DNA of 64,000 nucleotides from an uncultured Streptococcus sp. (GTDB lineage Bacteria; Bacillota; Bacilli; Lactobacillales; Streptococcaceae): NCBI RefSeq assembly GCF_963521255.1, contig NZ_CAUQTU010000010.1, positions 3,866 to 67,865 of the forward strand, read 5' to 3'. Shown piece by piece: positions 47,926 to 58,976 of this stretch (position 1 is its first letter; each line of letters starts with the position of its first letter). The notes under the pieces were generated by a model. It saw only the letters and a program-made list of their open reading frames with translations, ran no database searches and was not told where the DNA came from. The position numbers and the translations under genes were made by a program.

Positions 47926-48513
47926 ATGCGCTATGGCTATGTTCGTGTATCTACAAGAGAACAAAATATCGATAGACAATTTTCAGCCTTGGTAGAAAAC
48001 AAATTAGCAAAAGAAAATATTTTTATTGATTATGTTTCAGGAAAGGATTTTGACAGAATAGAATATCAAAAATTATTAACTACCTTGAAGGAGAATGATG
48101 AATTAGTTATTAAATCAATTGATAGATTGGGAAGAAACTATGATGAAATTTTAGAACAATGGCAAGCAATTACTAAGAAAAAGAAAGTAAATATAACTGT
48201 TTTAGATTTCCCCTTATTAAATACAAAGAATAGCGATGATAATATCACAGGAAAACTAATCTCCGATATCGTTTTACAAGTCCTATCTTATGTGGCACAG
48301 TTTGAAAGAGAACAAATCAAACAAAGACAAATGGAAGGAATACGGGAAGCACAGAAAAAAGGGAAAAAATTCGGTAGACCAAAATTGCTTGTTCCGAATA
48401 ATCTCCCTGATGTGATAGCTCAATATACGAAAAAAGAAATAACCTTACGAGAAGGTGCAGACATCTTAGGAGTATCAAAAAGCACCTTTCATAATTGGAT
48501 AAAAAATTCATAG
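47926..48513 (+). CDS. small serine recombinase (resolvase/invertase family)
   Basis: 195 aa. MRYGYVRVSTREQNIDRQ (catalytic Ser), an E-helix, and a C-terminal HTH LREGADILGVSKSTFHNWIKN. Confidence 0.9.
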   Translation: MRYGYVRVSTREQNIDRQFSALVENKLAKENIFIDYVSGKDFDRIEYQKLLTTLKENDELVIKSIDRLGRNYDEILEQWQAITKKKKVNITVLDFPLLNTKNSDDNITGKLISDIVLQVLSYVAQFEREQIKQRQMEGIREAQKKGKKFGRPKLLVPNNLPDVIAQYTKKEITLREGADILGVSKSTFHNWIKNS

Positions 48514-48549
48514 TTCCTGTCAAAAAACCTAGGATTTTTTGTACAGGAA
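48514..48549. repeat. hix-like imperfect palindrome P1
   Basis: ttcctgtcaaaaaaccTAggattttttgtacaggaa begins on the base after the recombinase stop codon. Its half-sites TGTCAAAAAACC and TGTACAAAAAATCC resemble the Hin/Gin half-site TTATCAAAAACC. Confidence 0.55.
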
Positions 48550-48639
48550 ATACACTTTATTTTAGAATCATTTTCGTTAGAAAAAAGGTTCTAAAATCCA
48601 GCATCTTGACCGATTATTATTACACTACCATTCTATCAA

Positions 48640-48673
48640 GTTTGTCCAAAAAAGTCTAGGTTTTTGGACAAAC
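48640..48673. repeat. hix-like imperfect palindrome P2 (inverted relative to P1)
   Basis: gtttgtccaaaaaagtcTAggtttttggacaaac. Its reverse complement aligns ungapped with P1 at 24 of 28 core positions (TGTCnAAAAACCTAGnnTTTTTTGnACA). Confidence 0.55.
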
Positions 48674-48714
48674 TGATTACTTTACAACAAATAAAAATAG
48701 GGAGTATTAAATGA

Positions 48715-49628
48715 ATGCACAAACAAACTAAAAAATTTACACTTGCAACTATCTTAGCTCTATCACTTATTGGCACTGGAGTCATCACAGCTAATCAAGT
48801 ATCAGCTAGCGAGAATACGAGTACTGAAAAACAAATAGAAGCAACAATTACAAAGGTTGAAATTGATTATTTTGGACTTAGCTTTGAAGGAAAACTTTCA
48901 GAGCCACTACCACATGGAGGTGATAATGCTGCTAAGGGAAATGTTACTTTGATTGATAAAGCGACCGGAAAAATTGTGTACCAAAGTCACAATGCTGTCA
49001 TTTTTAGTGGCTTAACTAAAGATGTCAGTGATCAATTTTTACAACCTTTATTTTATAGCAATCAATTTAAAGGTGATATTTTTGTTTCAGAACAATTTCC
49101 AGATGGAATATATATTTTGGAGATGTCTGGAGAAGCTGGTTCGCCTTACGGTGACTTAACTGATACAAGAAAACGTGTCTTTAAAGTTAGAAAAGATGTG
49201 ACTATCGGAAATCCTTCTACAAATTCAAATACGAATACAACAACTCAATCAGGTTCTAATTCTAATATCTCAGATAGTTGGCTACAATCTGGTTCTCGTT
49301 GGTGGTAAAACACGCCGACGGTTCCTATACAACTAATGGCTGGGAAAAAATCAATGGTGTTTGGTATCGTTTTGACAACTCTGGCTGGATGCAAACTGGC
49401 TGGGTAAAAGACGGTAGCTGGTACTATCTCGACGGTTCAGGTGCGATGAAGACAGGTTGGGTCAAAGATAACGGTAGCTGGTACTATCTTCAAGACTCAG
49501 GCACTATGAAAACTGGCTGGATGAAGGTATCTGGTAAATGGTACTATGCTTATAGCTCTGGTGCACTAGCAATCAATACAACAACCCCTGATGGCTATCG
49601 TGTTAATTACAACGGTGAGTGGGTTTAA
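48715..49628 (+). pseudogene. choline-binding surface protein, split by a -1 nt frameshift
   Basis: Signal peptide MHKQTKKFTLATILALSLIGTGVITANQVSA. Frame 1 stops at 49306-49308 (..GSRWW*). The next frame continues KHADGSYTTNGWEKINGVWYRFDNSGWMQTGW..., which is four choline-binding (GW..G.WYY) repeats. One extra base in TGGTGGTAAAAC would join the two frames. Confidence 0.75.
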
Positions 49629-49661
49629 CATACAATAGAAATAGATTAAGGAGACAATTAA

Positions 49662-50126
49662 ATGAACAAAGTGATAAAAATTGAAGATGAAACAGTTTAT
49701 GTTGGAAAAGGTAATAATGGCCAATTTACTGCAATTTCAAGAAAAAGTTTTGGTTTTGAACCACAAGTAGGTGATTACGTAGAATTTTATCAAAACGGTG
49801 ATGAGTATATTGTTTCAAAAATAGATAACACATCTCCAACTAGCTCTAGCCAACATTCAAATGGAGTGAGTGATAAATCTAAACTGGCCGCAGCCCTATT
49901 TGCCTTTTTTTTAGGAGCACTCGGTGGCTACGATTTTTACATCGGAAATTCTAAACAAGGATACAAGCGTATCGGAATAACTCTGCTAGCTATCATTCCT
50001 ATTTTAATGCCATTTGTTTTACTAGCAGATGCTATTTGGAATATTATAATTACTATTCAAGTTTTAACTTCCAAAACTGGTAGCAAATGGCACCAAGATG
50101 CCCAAGGTTTAGAATTGCAAGATTAA
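49662..50126 (+). CDS. TM2 domain membrane protein
   Basis: 154 aa. KLAAALFAFFLGALGGYDFYIGNSKQGYKRIG is a typical TM2 domain. Confidence 0.75.
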   Translation: MNKVIKIEDETVYVGKGNNGQFTAISRKSFGFEPQVGDYVEFYQNGDEYIVSKIDNTSPTSSSQHSNGVSDKSKLAAALFAFFLGALGGYDFYIGNSKQGYKRIGITLLAIIPILMPFVLLADAIWNIIITIQVLTSKTGSKWHQDAQGLELQD

Positions 50127-50130
50127 ATAC

Positions 50131-51183
50131 ATGAAAAAATTATTATTTCTATTCAGTGCCAGTATTTTAACTATCTCTCTTCTAACAGCTTGCCAACCTC
50201 AGAGTGAAAACACTCCCTCAGCAAGTTCTGAAGTAACTACTTCTAGTAGCAGTTCATCTACTTCCACATCGGAAGAGAAGAAAACTGACTACACCCTATA
50301 CAATACTGTCCTTAAAGAATATGCAAAAGTACTAGATGGTTCACCAGCTTCACATACAGAGGTCAATTCAAAAGCAAACTTAAAAAATACTTATCCTAAC
50401 GAATATTCTGGATTACAGTATAGCTTGTATGATTTAGACCAAGATGGTACGGACGAACTTTTGATTGCTCTAAAAATGGATTCTAACTATTACGATTTAT
50501 TAGATATTCGAACTCTTAAAAATGGTGAAGTTATTCGACTGACCAATGCAGAAAATAATCTGGACTTTATTGGAGAACGCGTTCATTTTAATCCTTTAGA
50601 AAACGGCTATTTCCAATTATCTACTCGAGTATCTGCTAATCAAATCCAAGTCAAACTATACAAGTTGAATCAGGATAGAACACGGTTAGAGTTAGTTAGA
50701 GAATCAGATACAGAAGAGGGACTGGGGACAAAACCACCTTACCTTGACATAAGGTCTTTCTCTTGGAAATCTGTCACAAGCCTCATAAATGGAGAAATAA
50801 GCCTTCCATCAGAAAGTAAAGGAATAGATATTTCTGCAATTCAAAATGGAGATTTTTCTAGTGTCGCAGGAACTTGGAGAAATGGTACAGGTATTGAATT
50901 TACTTTCGATAAAAATGGCTTGGTAAGTGATCATTCCAAAGTTTCAATTGAACATGCTAAAGAAACCGACCGCTATCTTAAAGCAAGTTTACTTTCTAAA
51001 GCTGGTGGTGCTGGTGGTGCAGCTATTGCCTTTTTACCAGCAGGAATCCCTATAACCATGTCTGTCACCTCTTCTACAGATAATGGCTATACTGACCCAT
51101 CTGATATCACACAAGACCGCTTATGGTTTGGACACCAACTCATCAATGGTAGTACTGAGGGATTTTTCTACAAGGTAGAATAG
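50131..51183 (+). CDS. lipoprotein of unknown function
   Basis: 350 aa. Lipobox LLTAC followed by a Ser/Thr-rich linker. Confidence 0.75.
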   Translation: MKKLLFLFSASILTISLLTACQPQSENTPSASSEVTTSSSSSSTSTSEEKKTDYTLYNTVLKEYAKVLDGSPASHTEVNSKANLKNTYPNEYSGLQYSLYDLDQDGTDELLIALKMDSNYYDLLDIRTLKNGEVIRLTNAENNLDFIGERVHFNPLENGYFQLSTRVSANQIQVKLYKLNQDRTRLELVRESDTEEGLGTKPPYLDIRSFSWKSVTSLINGEISLPSESKGIDISAIQNGDFSSVAGTWRNGTGIEFTFDKNGLVSDHSKVSIEHAKETDRYLKASLLSKAGGAGGAAIAFLPAGIPITMSVTSSTDNGYTDPSDITQDRLWFGHQLINGSTEGFFYKVE

Positions 51184-51240
51184 TGTTAGTAAACTCTTAA
51201 ACTAGCTCAAAAAATATCTGGTAACATTTCATAAATACAT

Positions 51241-51290
51241 ATAGGATAAATATTCTTATGCTCTTAGAATAGTTATCCTATCTTTTTATT
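51241..51290 (+). terminator. intrinsic terminator after the lipoprotein gene
   Basis: ATAGGATAA...TTATCCTAT followed by CTTTTTATT. Confidence 0.65.
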
Positions 51291-51405
51291 CCCTTTACAT
51301 CCCTATCAATACTTGATGAATTCACTATGAAAAAGATTAGACTTTTAACCCCAAAATTGATAAAATAAAAAGGAAAAATAAGATAAAAGGAAACTATAAA
51401 TCACC

Positions 51406-51705
51406 ATGATGAACATGCAAAACATGATGCGCCAAGCACAAAAACTTCAAAAACAAATGGAACAAAGCCAAGCTGAACTTGCTGCTATGCAATTTGTGGG
51501 CAAATCTGCTCAAGACCTTGTTCAAGCAACCCTAACAGGTGACAAAAAAGTTGTCAGCATTGACTTCAATCCAGCTGTCATTGACCCAGAAGACCTTGAA
51601 ACTCTTTCTGATATGACCGTTCAAGCCATCAACTCTGCTCTTGAACAAATCGATGAGACTACCAAGAAAAAACTAGGTGCTTTCGCTGGGAAATTGCCAT
51701 TCTAA
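51406..51705 (+). CDS. ybaB: YbaB/EbfC nucleoid-associated protein
   Basis: 99 aa. [25 protein letters not shown] is a typical YbaB start. Confidence 0.9.
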   Translation: MMNMQNMMRQAQKLQKQMEQSQAELAAMQFVGKSAQDLVQATLTGDKKVVSIDFNPAVIDPEDLETLSDMTVQAINSALEQIDETTKKKLGAFAGKLPF

Positions 51706-51749
51706 TCATAAGAAAAACAAGCATTCAAGAGAATACTTGCCTATCGTCG

Positions 51750-51773
51750 GAGGAACAACTGTTCCTCTTTTTG
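51750..51773 (+). terminator. intrinsic terminator after ybaB
   Basis: GAGGAAC-aact-GTTCCTC followed by TTTTT. Confidence 0.75.
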
Positions 51774-51777
51774 CTTA

Positions 51778-53541
51778 CTAAAAATTAAAGAATTCCATCG
51801 CCTGTTTGAACAGTAAATCCGTGTACTCAGGGTCTTCTTGGGCAATGGTAACCTGGTCTTGAATCATTTCCAAATCATCCGTTATCATGCCATCAGCTCC
51901 CAAATGAACTGATTTATCAAAGGACTCTGAACTATTGATGGTCCAAACGTACAATTTCTGATCGGTATTCCAAAGCTTGTTGACAAAATTTTCATCCAAG
52001 GTTGAATACTCCATGGTATAACCTGTAGCCTTGGTTCTTGGAAAAATACTATTGTAAGGTAGGATGAAAAAGACTGGAATTTGAGAATCGTAGGCTAAAA
52101 CCTGGTCAATCACATGGTAGTCCAAAGATTGCATTTGGTGACCATTCTGCTTAAGAACCGTTCCATATTTTTCCATAAAGCGTTTCATCATATCTGGGCT
52201 ATCTTTTCGACTGGTTTTAATCTCAATAAGAAGTTTTTGATGCAATTCATTGGCTTTATTGAGATAGTCATCAAAACTGGACACCTTGCTATGATAACCA
52301 TTTTCTGAAATATCAAGTTTAGTTAATTCTTTCAAAGTTAGATCCTGAGGATTGGCATTAACACCTGTCAAATTTTTGATATTGGCATCATGCATCATGA
52401 CAAACTGGCCATCTTTTGTTTCTTGTACATCCGTCTCAACAAAATCTGGACCTAGTTGGGCTGTCCTTTCCAGAGATTGGACAGTATTTTGGACACCATT
52501 CTTATTGGATACTCCCCTGTGAGAGATAATCAAAGGTTTATTTGCAACTGGAGCTTCTAAATAAACATAACCCTCAAGAGCGAAAAAGATACCAGCACAT
52601 CCCATCACTCCCCATCTCATCCAGTGGTCTTTCTTTCTCCTTGGTGTGATTTCTAATTCTTCTCCTGTTAAGAAGGAAACAAACTTAATGAGAAAGTAAG
52701 TCAAGGCCATATAGTGGAAATTCTTAATCAAGACAAAGTTAAGAATTCCCAGTACAAGAGATTCCTTATGGGTCAGACCATCCATCAGTGCCTGACTTGC
52801 TAATATTGGAATCAATAAAAGAATGAAAAATAGGTAGGTTTTGACGACAATCCAAAGCAAGTTCCAAGTATAAAACCAGGAGTGCTTTCTTGTCTTCTCT
52901 AGACTGTATCTGACTGCCTCTTTGACTGTTTTCTTCTCAAATAGAAGTTGAGGTAGAGCAAACATCAACCGCACTGAAATGTAAAATAGAAGTAAAGCCA
53001 GAATAGTAACCACTATACCTATCAGCCAATACTTGTCTTCCACATAATCAACGATAAAGTCTGGAATGACAATTTTATTTAGATAGTAAATCTTTAAAAT
53101 CTTTCGAATCAATGGAAAAAGAATCATGATATAAAAGAAAATAAAGGTCATTTTGGAAATCGTCACTTGCCTCATAAATAAGAAACTTTGACGAAAGACC
53201 TTGCGACTGTACTCCAGCAGGGTTCTCCTTTCATGGTAGAGGAGATGGCGAGCTCCGATAAAGAGAAGTCCTATCTGGTAATAGGCGATCAGTAAATTAA
53301 CAATTACCAGAATAAATAAAGCAAGACTAATAAAGGGTGAACCCGTTATAATGGCAAAAATATTATTGTAGGAAAGAAAGAGATAGCCTGTCTGACGGAG
53401 TAAAAGTCCAGCAATCCAAGAATTTGATGGTAACCAGACAAACTCAATCATCATGAAAGTCAAGAAGAAAAGAAAGAGTATTTTATCTAGATTAAAGTAT
53501 ATCTGCTTAAAACCTAGATTTTTAGGTTTTTCAGGTTTCAT
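51778..53541 (-). CDS. membrane-anchored glycerophosphodiester phosphodiesterase
   Basis: 587 aa. A multi-TM N-terminal half plus a GDPD domain (ISHRGVSN, ETDVQETKDGQFVMMHD). Confidence 0.8.
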   Translation of the reverse strand: MKPEKPKNLGFKQIYFNLDKILFLFFLTFMMIEFVWLPSNSWIAGLLLRQTGYLFLSYNNIFAIITGSPFISLALFILVIVNLLIAYYQIGLLFIGARHLLYHERRTLLEYSRKVFRQSFLFMRQVTISKMTFIFFYIMILFPLIRKILKIYYLNKIVIPDFIVDYVEDKYWLIGIVVTILALLLFYISVRLMFALPQLLFEKKTVKEAVRYSLEKTRKHSWFYTWNLLWIVVKTYLFFILLLIPILASQALMDGLTHKESLVLGILNFVLIKNFHYMALTYFLIKFVSFLTGEELEITPRRKKDHWMRWGVMGCAGIFFALEGYVYLEAPVANKPLIISHRGVSNKNGVQNTVQSLERTAQLGPDFVETDVQETKDGQFVMMHDANIKNLTGVNANPQDLTLKELTKLDISENGYHSKVSSFDDYLNKANELHQKLLIEIKTSRKDSPDMMKRFMEKYGTVLKQNGHQMQSLDYHVIDQVLAYDSQIPVFFILPYNSIFPRTKATGYTMEYSTLDENFVNKLWNTDQKLYVWTINSSESFDKSVHLGADGMITDDLEMIQDQVTIAQEDPEYTDLLFKQAMEFFNF

Positions 53542-53549
53542 AGGTACTC

Positions 53550-54140
53550 CTAGTCAAATAATTGAGACAAGTCCAAGCCTCCAAAAGGATTGTTAGAGAG
53601 GCTACTTTCTGCCCCTAACAATTCTCTAGCCTGGTCTGACTCTAGAAAGGACTCGTAAACACGCGCTGTCATACGAGCATCCTCTAGGCTATTATGAGAC
53701 TGACCTTGAAATCCAAGAAACGAGGCAACGGTTTGCAATTTAAGATTGGCAATACCATGTAAATCTGAACTCCGACGTTCAAAAGCTTCATCATACAAAT
53801 CCACCTTATACTGCTGGCTATAATCTAAACCATGCTCTGCTAGAATAGGCAAATCACTTTTAGCAGCATTGTAGCCTACTATAGGTAAAGAACCCACAAA
53901 CTCTTGGAATTCTTTTATGACTTCCTCCACTGGAGGAGCATCTTTTAAGGTCTCAGCTGTAATCCCAGTCAAACCATTGATAAAACTTTTTAAGGGGACA
54001 CTGGTATGAACATAGGAATCATAGGCATCGATTTCCTGACCATCTCTAAAACGCACTGCCGATACTTGAATCAAGTGTGTTTGCCCTTCATGCTGATTAA
54101 ATTCTAAGTCAAAAGCAATGTAATCTTCTAATCGTTCCAT
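53550..54140 (-). CDS. DEDDh 3'-5' exonuclease (DnaQ-like)
   Basis: 196 aa. Motifs AFDLEFN, VGYNAAKSDLPIL and HNSLEDARMTA. Confidence 0.8.
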   Translation of the reverse strand: MERLEDYIAFDLEFNQHEGQTHLIQVSAVRFRDGQEIDAYDSYVHTSVPLKSFINGLTGITAETLKDAPPVEEVIKEFQEFVGSLPIVGYNAAKSDLPILAEHGLDYSQQYKVDLYDEAFERRSSDLHGIANLKLQTVASFLGFQGQSHNSLEDARMTARVYESFLESDQARELLGAESSLSNNPFGGLDLSQLFD

Positions 54141-54167
54141 TTTCTACCTCTCCTATACTGTTATTTT

Positions 54168-54319
54168 ATACTCTTCGAAAATCTCTTCAAACCGCGTCAG
54201 CTTCGCCTTGCCGTAGATATATGTAACTGACTTCGTCAGTCTTATCTACAACCTCAAAGCAGTGCTTTGAGCAGCCTGCGGCTAGCTTCCTAGTTTGCTC
54301 TTTGATTTTCATTGAGTAT
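54168..54319 (+). repeat. BOX element (boxA-boxB-boxC)
   Basis: atactcttcgaaaatctcttcaaaccgcgtcagcttcgcc...cctgcggctagcttcctagtttgctctttgattttcattgagtat. Close to the copy at 19865. Confidence 0.9.
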
Positions 54320-54391
54320 TAATTGAGCAACTATACTATTTAGAAATAAAAGAAGCCATCAGGTTAGCATGTAACCTAAACAGCTCCTTGA

Positions 54392-54883
54392 TTATCCTCC
54401 AAATAAACGAGCAAAAAAGCCTTTCTTAGTTGATTGGACTTCTTCTTTTGCTTGGTCCAGCTCTAGCTTAAGATTTTCTTGATCCTTCATGGCTTGAAGA
54501 GTCAATTGTTGCTGCTGATCAAGTTGTTTGTCTTTCTCAGCAATCTGACGGTCTTTGATACGCATCTGCTCGTCTTTTTCTGATAACTGACGATCCTTGG
54601 CTTTTAATTGTTCATAGAGACGAAGAATTTCTGCATTCTTCTCATCAACCAGAATCTCCATCAGTTCACGCTGCTTGACATCTTCACTGACAGGCTCATC
54701 TTCAAAAATCGTTTTTTTATAGATTTCTTCTAGCTTAATCAAGCCACTTCTGGTAACTACCGTTACCCCTTTGTCGTTTTTATCTGTGTCTTCTTCTGGT
54801 AATTCTTTGACACGGTTATTGATTGCTTGGCGAGATAATCCTAAAACCTCTGCAATCTCACTGACGGTCATTTCAATACTCAT
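54392..54883 (-). CDS. HTH plus coiled-coil protein (DUF536-like)
   Basis: 163 aa. N-terminal HTH VSEIAEVLGLSRQAINNRV, then repetitive KDRQLSEKDEQMRIKDRQIAEKDKQL. Confidence 0.7.
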   Translation of the reverse strand: MSIEMTVSEIAEVLGLSRQAINNRVKELPEEDTDKNDKGVTVVTRSGLIKLEEIYKKTIFEDEPVSEDVKQRELMEILVDEKNAEILRLYEQLKAKDRQLSEKDEQMRIKDRQIAEKDKQLDQQQQLTLQAMKDQENLKLELDQAKEEVQSTKKGFFARLFGG

Positions 54884-54959
54884 AATATCCTCTGAAACGT
54901 TTTCTAGCTTTTCTTTACTTAAATCTTATCATAAGCTAGAAAAACTGTCAAATTTTCGC

Positions 54960-55652
54960 TTAATCTAAGGCCTTCAAAAAGGCTAATAAAACTTGGGCAG
55001 AGCGACGTCCAGCTTCGATAATAAACTCATCAAATGAGATAGAGGCCTCGTGATTGGCATTGTCACTCATAGCTCGAATAACTAAAACTGGAAGATTAAG
55101 AGCATGTGCTGCCTGAGTAATAGCTGCCCCTTCCATCTCAACGGCTAAAACTTCTGGGAAATGGGACTTAATCGCTTTTATCTTATCATTTCCTGCAACA
55201 AAACTATCTCCTGTAGCAATCAAACCAAGATGCCAGTTTTGGTCCAATTGAGATAAACTCTCTTGAATTTTAGCAACAAAGGCTTTATCTGATTCGAAAT
55301 AAAGCGGTTGTTGTGCCATTTGTCCATAGGCATAGCCAAAAGCTGTGACATCCACGTCATGATAAGCCAATTTGTCAGCAATCACAACATCACCAACTGC
55401 AATACCCTCTGCTACTGCCCCAGCTGATCCCGTATTAATTAAAGCATCCACTTGGAAATGATCAGCCAAAATCGCCACACTCATAGCAGACATGACCTTA
55501 CCAATTCCACTTTCTACAAGAACGACTTCATGCGAGGCAATGGTTCCTGTATGATAAGTATTCCCTAAAACAACTTGCTCCTGAGCATTTTCTAGATGCT
55601 GGACCAAATAAGCCAGTTCTTCTGGCATAGCCGCAATAATTCCTATTTTCAT
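54960..55652 (-). CDS. mtnN: 5'-methylthioadenosine/S-adenosylhomocysteine nucleosidase
   Basis: 230 aa. MKIGIIAAMPEE and AVEMEGAA motifs. Confidence 0.92.
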   Translation of the reverse strand: MKIGIIAAMPEELAYLVQHLENAQEQVVLGNTYHTGTIASHEVVLVESGIGKVMSAMSVAILADHFQVDALINTGSAGAVAEGIAVGDVVIADKLAYHDVDVTAFGYAYGQMAQQPLYFESDKAFVAKIQESLSQLDQNWHLGLIATGDSFVAGNDKIKAIKSHFPEVLAVEMEGAAITQAAHALNLPVLVIRAMSDNANHEASISFDEFIIEAGRRSAQVLLAFLKALD

Positions 55653-55668
55653 TTCAATTCCTTTTCTA

Positions 55669-55980
55669 TTACAAAAGTTTCATTGCTAAGACAAGCAAAA
55701 TCAAGAGAAAGATGACTGCGAATAAGATTTTATTCAGTTTAGAATTGAAGACATTTCTCTTGGTATTTTCGATGCGACGGCTTTTATGAATAGACGGTTC
55801 GACCTGAATCTTCAAGGTTTCCTGGCTAAATCCATGATCCTTAGGATTGGCATAACCAAAACGGGAAGAAGATGTTGGTAAAATCTTAGTCTCCTCATCA
55901 TCTAGCAAAGGGGGACCTGAAATATTTTCTCCTCTATTAGCTCTTTCGATTATTTCATCCGTTAATAAAGGTTTACCCAT
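55669..55980 (-). CDS. small C-terminally anchored membrane protein
   Basis: 103 aa with a single C-terminal TM helix, [16 protein letters not shown]. Confidence 0.6.
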   Translation of the reverse strand: MGKPLLTDEIIERANRGENISGPPLLDDEETKILPTSSSRFGYANPKDHGFSQETLKIQVEPSIHKSRRIENTKRNVFNSKLNKILFAVIFLLILLVLAMKLL

Positions 55981-55991
55981 ATTGACCTCCT

Positions 55992-56537
55992 CTATTTTTT
56001 GTGCAATTCCCAGTATTGAACAGCCATAATTGTCTTGGCATCACAGATATGACCTGATTGGATTAATTCCTTGGCTTCTTCTAAGCTCACTTCAAGGACT
56101 TCCAAGGTCTCATCTTCATCCTGCGGACGCGGATTTTCCACCTTTTTCAAATCGCTTGCTAAATATAGTTTTAATTTTTCATTACAAAAGCCAATGGCTG
56201 AATAAAAATCGTACAAGAGTTCTAATTTGCCTGTATAGGCTGTTTCTTCCTCTAATTCACGAAGGGCTGCTGCGACAGGGTCTGTATTTTCTCCTACTTC
56301 CAGTTTTCCAGCTGGAATTTCGTAAGAGACAGCCTCGATAGCTTTGCGGTACTGCTTGACCAAGATAAGTTTTTGTTCATCCGTTACAGCCAAAACACAG
56401 ACAGCTCCATTGTGAAAAATTAAATCTCGTTGGGCAGTTCCTTTACCTTCTGGTAATTCAACCTGATCTTGGACCAGTTTAAAAATTGGCCCTTGATAGA
56501 TTTCTTTTCGGCTAAGTGTTTTTTCTTCAAATTCCAT
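55992..56537 (-). CDS. nudF: Nudix hydrolase (ADP-ribose pyrophosphatase type)
   Basis: 181 aa. Nudix box [25 protein letters not shown]. Confidence 0.8.
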   Translation of the reverse strand: MEFEEKTLSRKEIYQGPIFKLVQDQVELPEGKGTAQRDLIFHNGAVCVLAVTDEQKLILVKQYRKAIEAVSYEIPAGKLEVGENTDPVAAALRELEEETAYTGKLELLYDFYSAIGFCNEKLKLYLASDLKKVENPRPQDEDETLEVLEVSLEEAKELIQSGHICDAKTIMAVQYWELHKK

Positions 56538-56546
56538 GATAGGCTC

Positions 56547-57941
<1,395 letters not shown>

Positions 57942-58081
57942 CTAGAAATTCCCTTTTATTATACCATATTTCAAATCATTCCGCGCTCTTGAATGAAAAA
58001 ATGCTCTAAAGTCCTTTCCTTAACCCATTTTTTGAGTATTTTTTTTGATTTTTTTTCATTTTTAAGGTAAAATTATGAGAT

Positions 58082-58882
58082 ATGAGAAAGAAAATTAATC
58101 CGCTTATTTTATTTGGTTTTTTTGGGATTATAATTTTCATTTTAATCCTGAATCGCCCTCGTTTTGAGGACCATCCTGTAAAAACAAAGTCAAATATCGC
58201 GCAAGTAGAAACGCAAGCGCTACATAATATAGATAAACCGGTGATTGATGTTTCTGGTTGGCAACGTCCTGAGGAAATAAATTATGATACTCTGTCTCAA
58301 AACATTTCTGGAGCTATTGTTCGTGTTCATAGCGGAGCTCAGTCTTCAAAAGAAAACGATGCTTCCTTTGTTAATGGGGTAGATAAGGCCTTTAAAACCC
58401 ATATCACTGAGTTTCAAAAACGAAATGTCCCAGTTGGTGTCTATGCCTATGTAGCTGGAAAAAATGTCCAAGAAATGGAAAAGGCCGCTGAAGTTTTTTA
58501 TAACACTTCATCGCCATACAGCCCTAGCTACTACTGGCTAGATGTGGAAGACAAAACCATGTCCAATATGAACGAAGGTGTTGAAGCCTTTCGAGCAAAA
58601 CTAGAATCACTAGGTGCTAAAAATATCGGCATCTACGTCGGAGTCTACTTCATGGAAGAACACAGTATTGATACAGACAAGTTTACGTCTGTTTGGATTC
58701 CTTCCTATGGTTCTGACTCAGGATTTTACGAAGCTACTCCTAAGACTGATTTAGATTACGACATTCATCAGTACACTTCTAAAGGAAAAATTGCTGGATT
58801 TGATCACGATTTGGATATCAACGTTATCTCTTCCCTAAAAAATAAAGAAGAAACCTTTAGAAAAATCTTTTTAAAACCTTAA
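58082..58882 (+). CDS. membrane-anchored GH25 muramidase (lysozyme)
   Basis: 266 aa. N-terminal TM helix. VIDVSGWQ and IVRVHSG are typical of the GH25 fold. Confidence 0.75.
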   Translation: MRKKINPLILFGFFGIIIFILILNRPRFEDHPVKTKSNIAQVETQALHNIDKPVIDVSGWQRPEEINYDTLSQNISGAIVRVHSGAQSSKENDASFVNGVDKAFKTHITEFQKRNVPVGVYAYVAGKNVQEMEKAAEVFYNTSSPYSPSYYWLDVEDKTMSNMNEGVEAFRAKLESLGAKNIGIYVGVYFMEEHSIDTDKFTSVWIPSYGSDSGFYEATPKTDLDYDIHQYTSKGKIAGFDHDLDINVISSLKNKEETFRKIFLKP

Positions 58883-58976
58883 AAGCATTTGTTTATCATT
58901 TGCTTTTTCTTTTTGTGTTTGATTGTGATACAATATAGTAAGGATTTTTTGAAATAGAAATAGTTGGAGGAAAAAT

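Noticed and set aside
48711-48731. ATG at 48711, which has better spacing to the GGGAG motif, giving MNAQTN*
   Set aside because: It gives only a 6-codon ORF, out of frame with the signal-peptide-bearing ORF that starts at 48715. It may merely be an overlapping false start, so it is not annotated.
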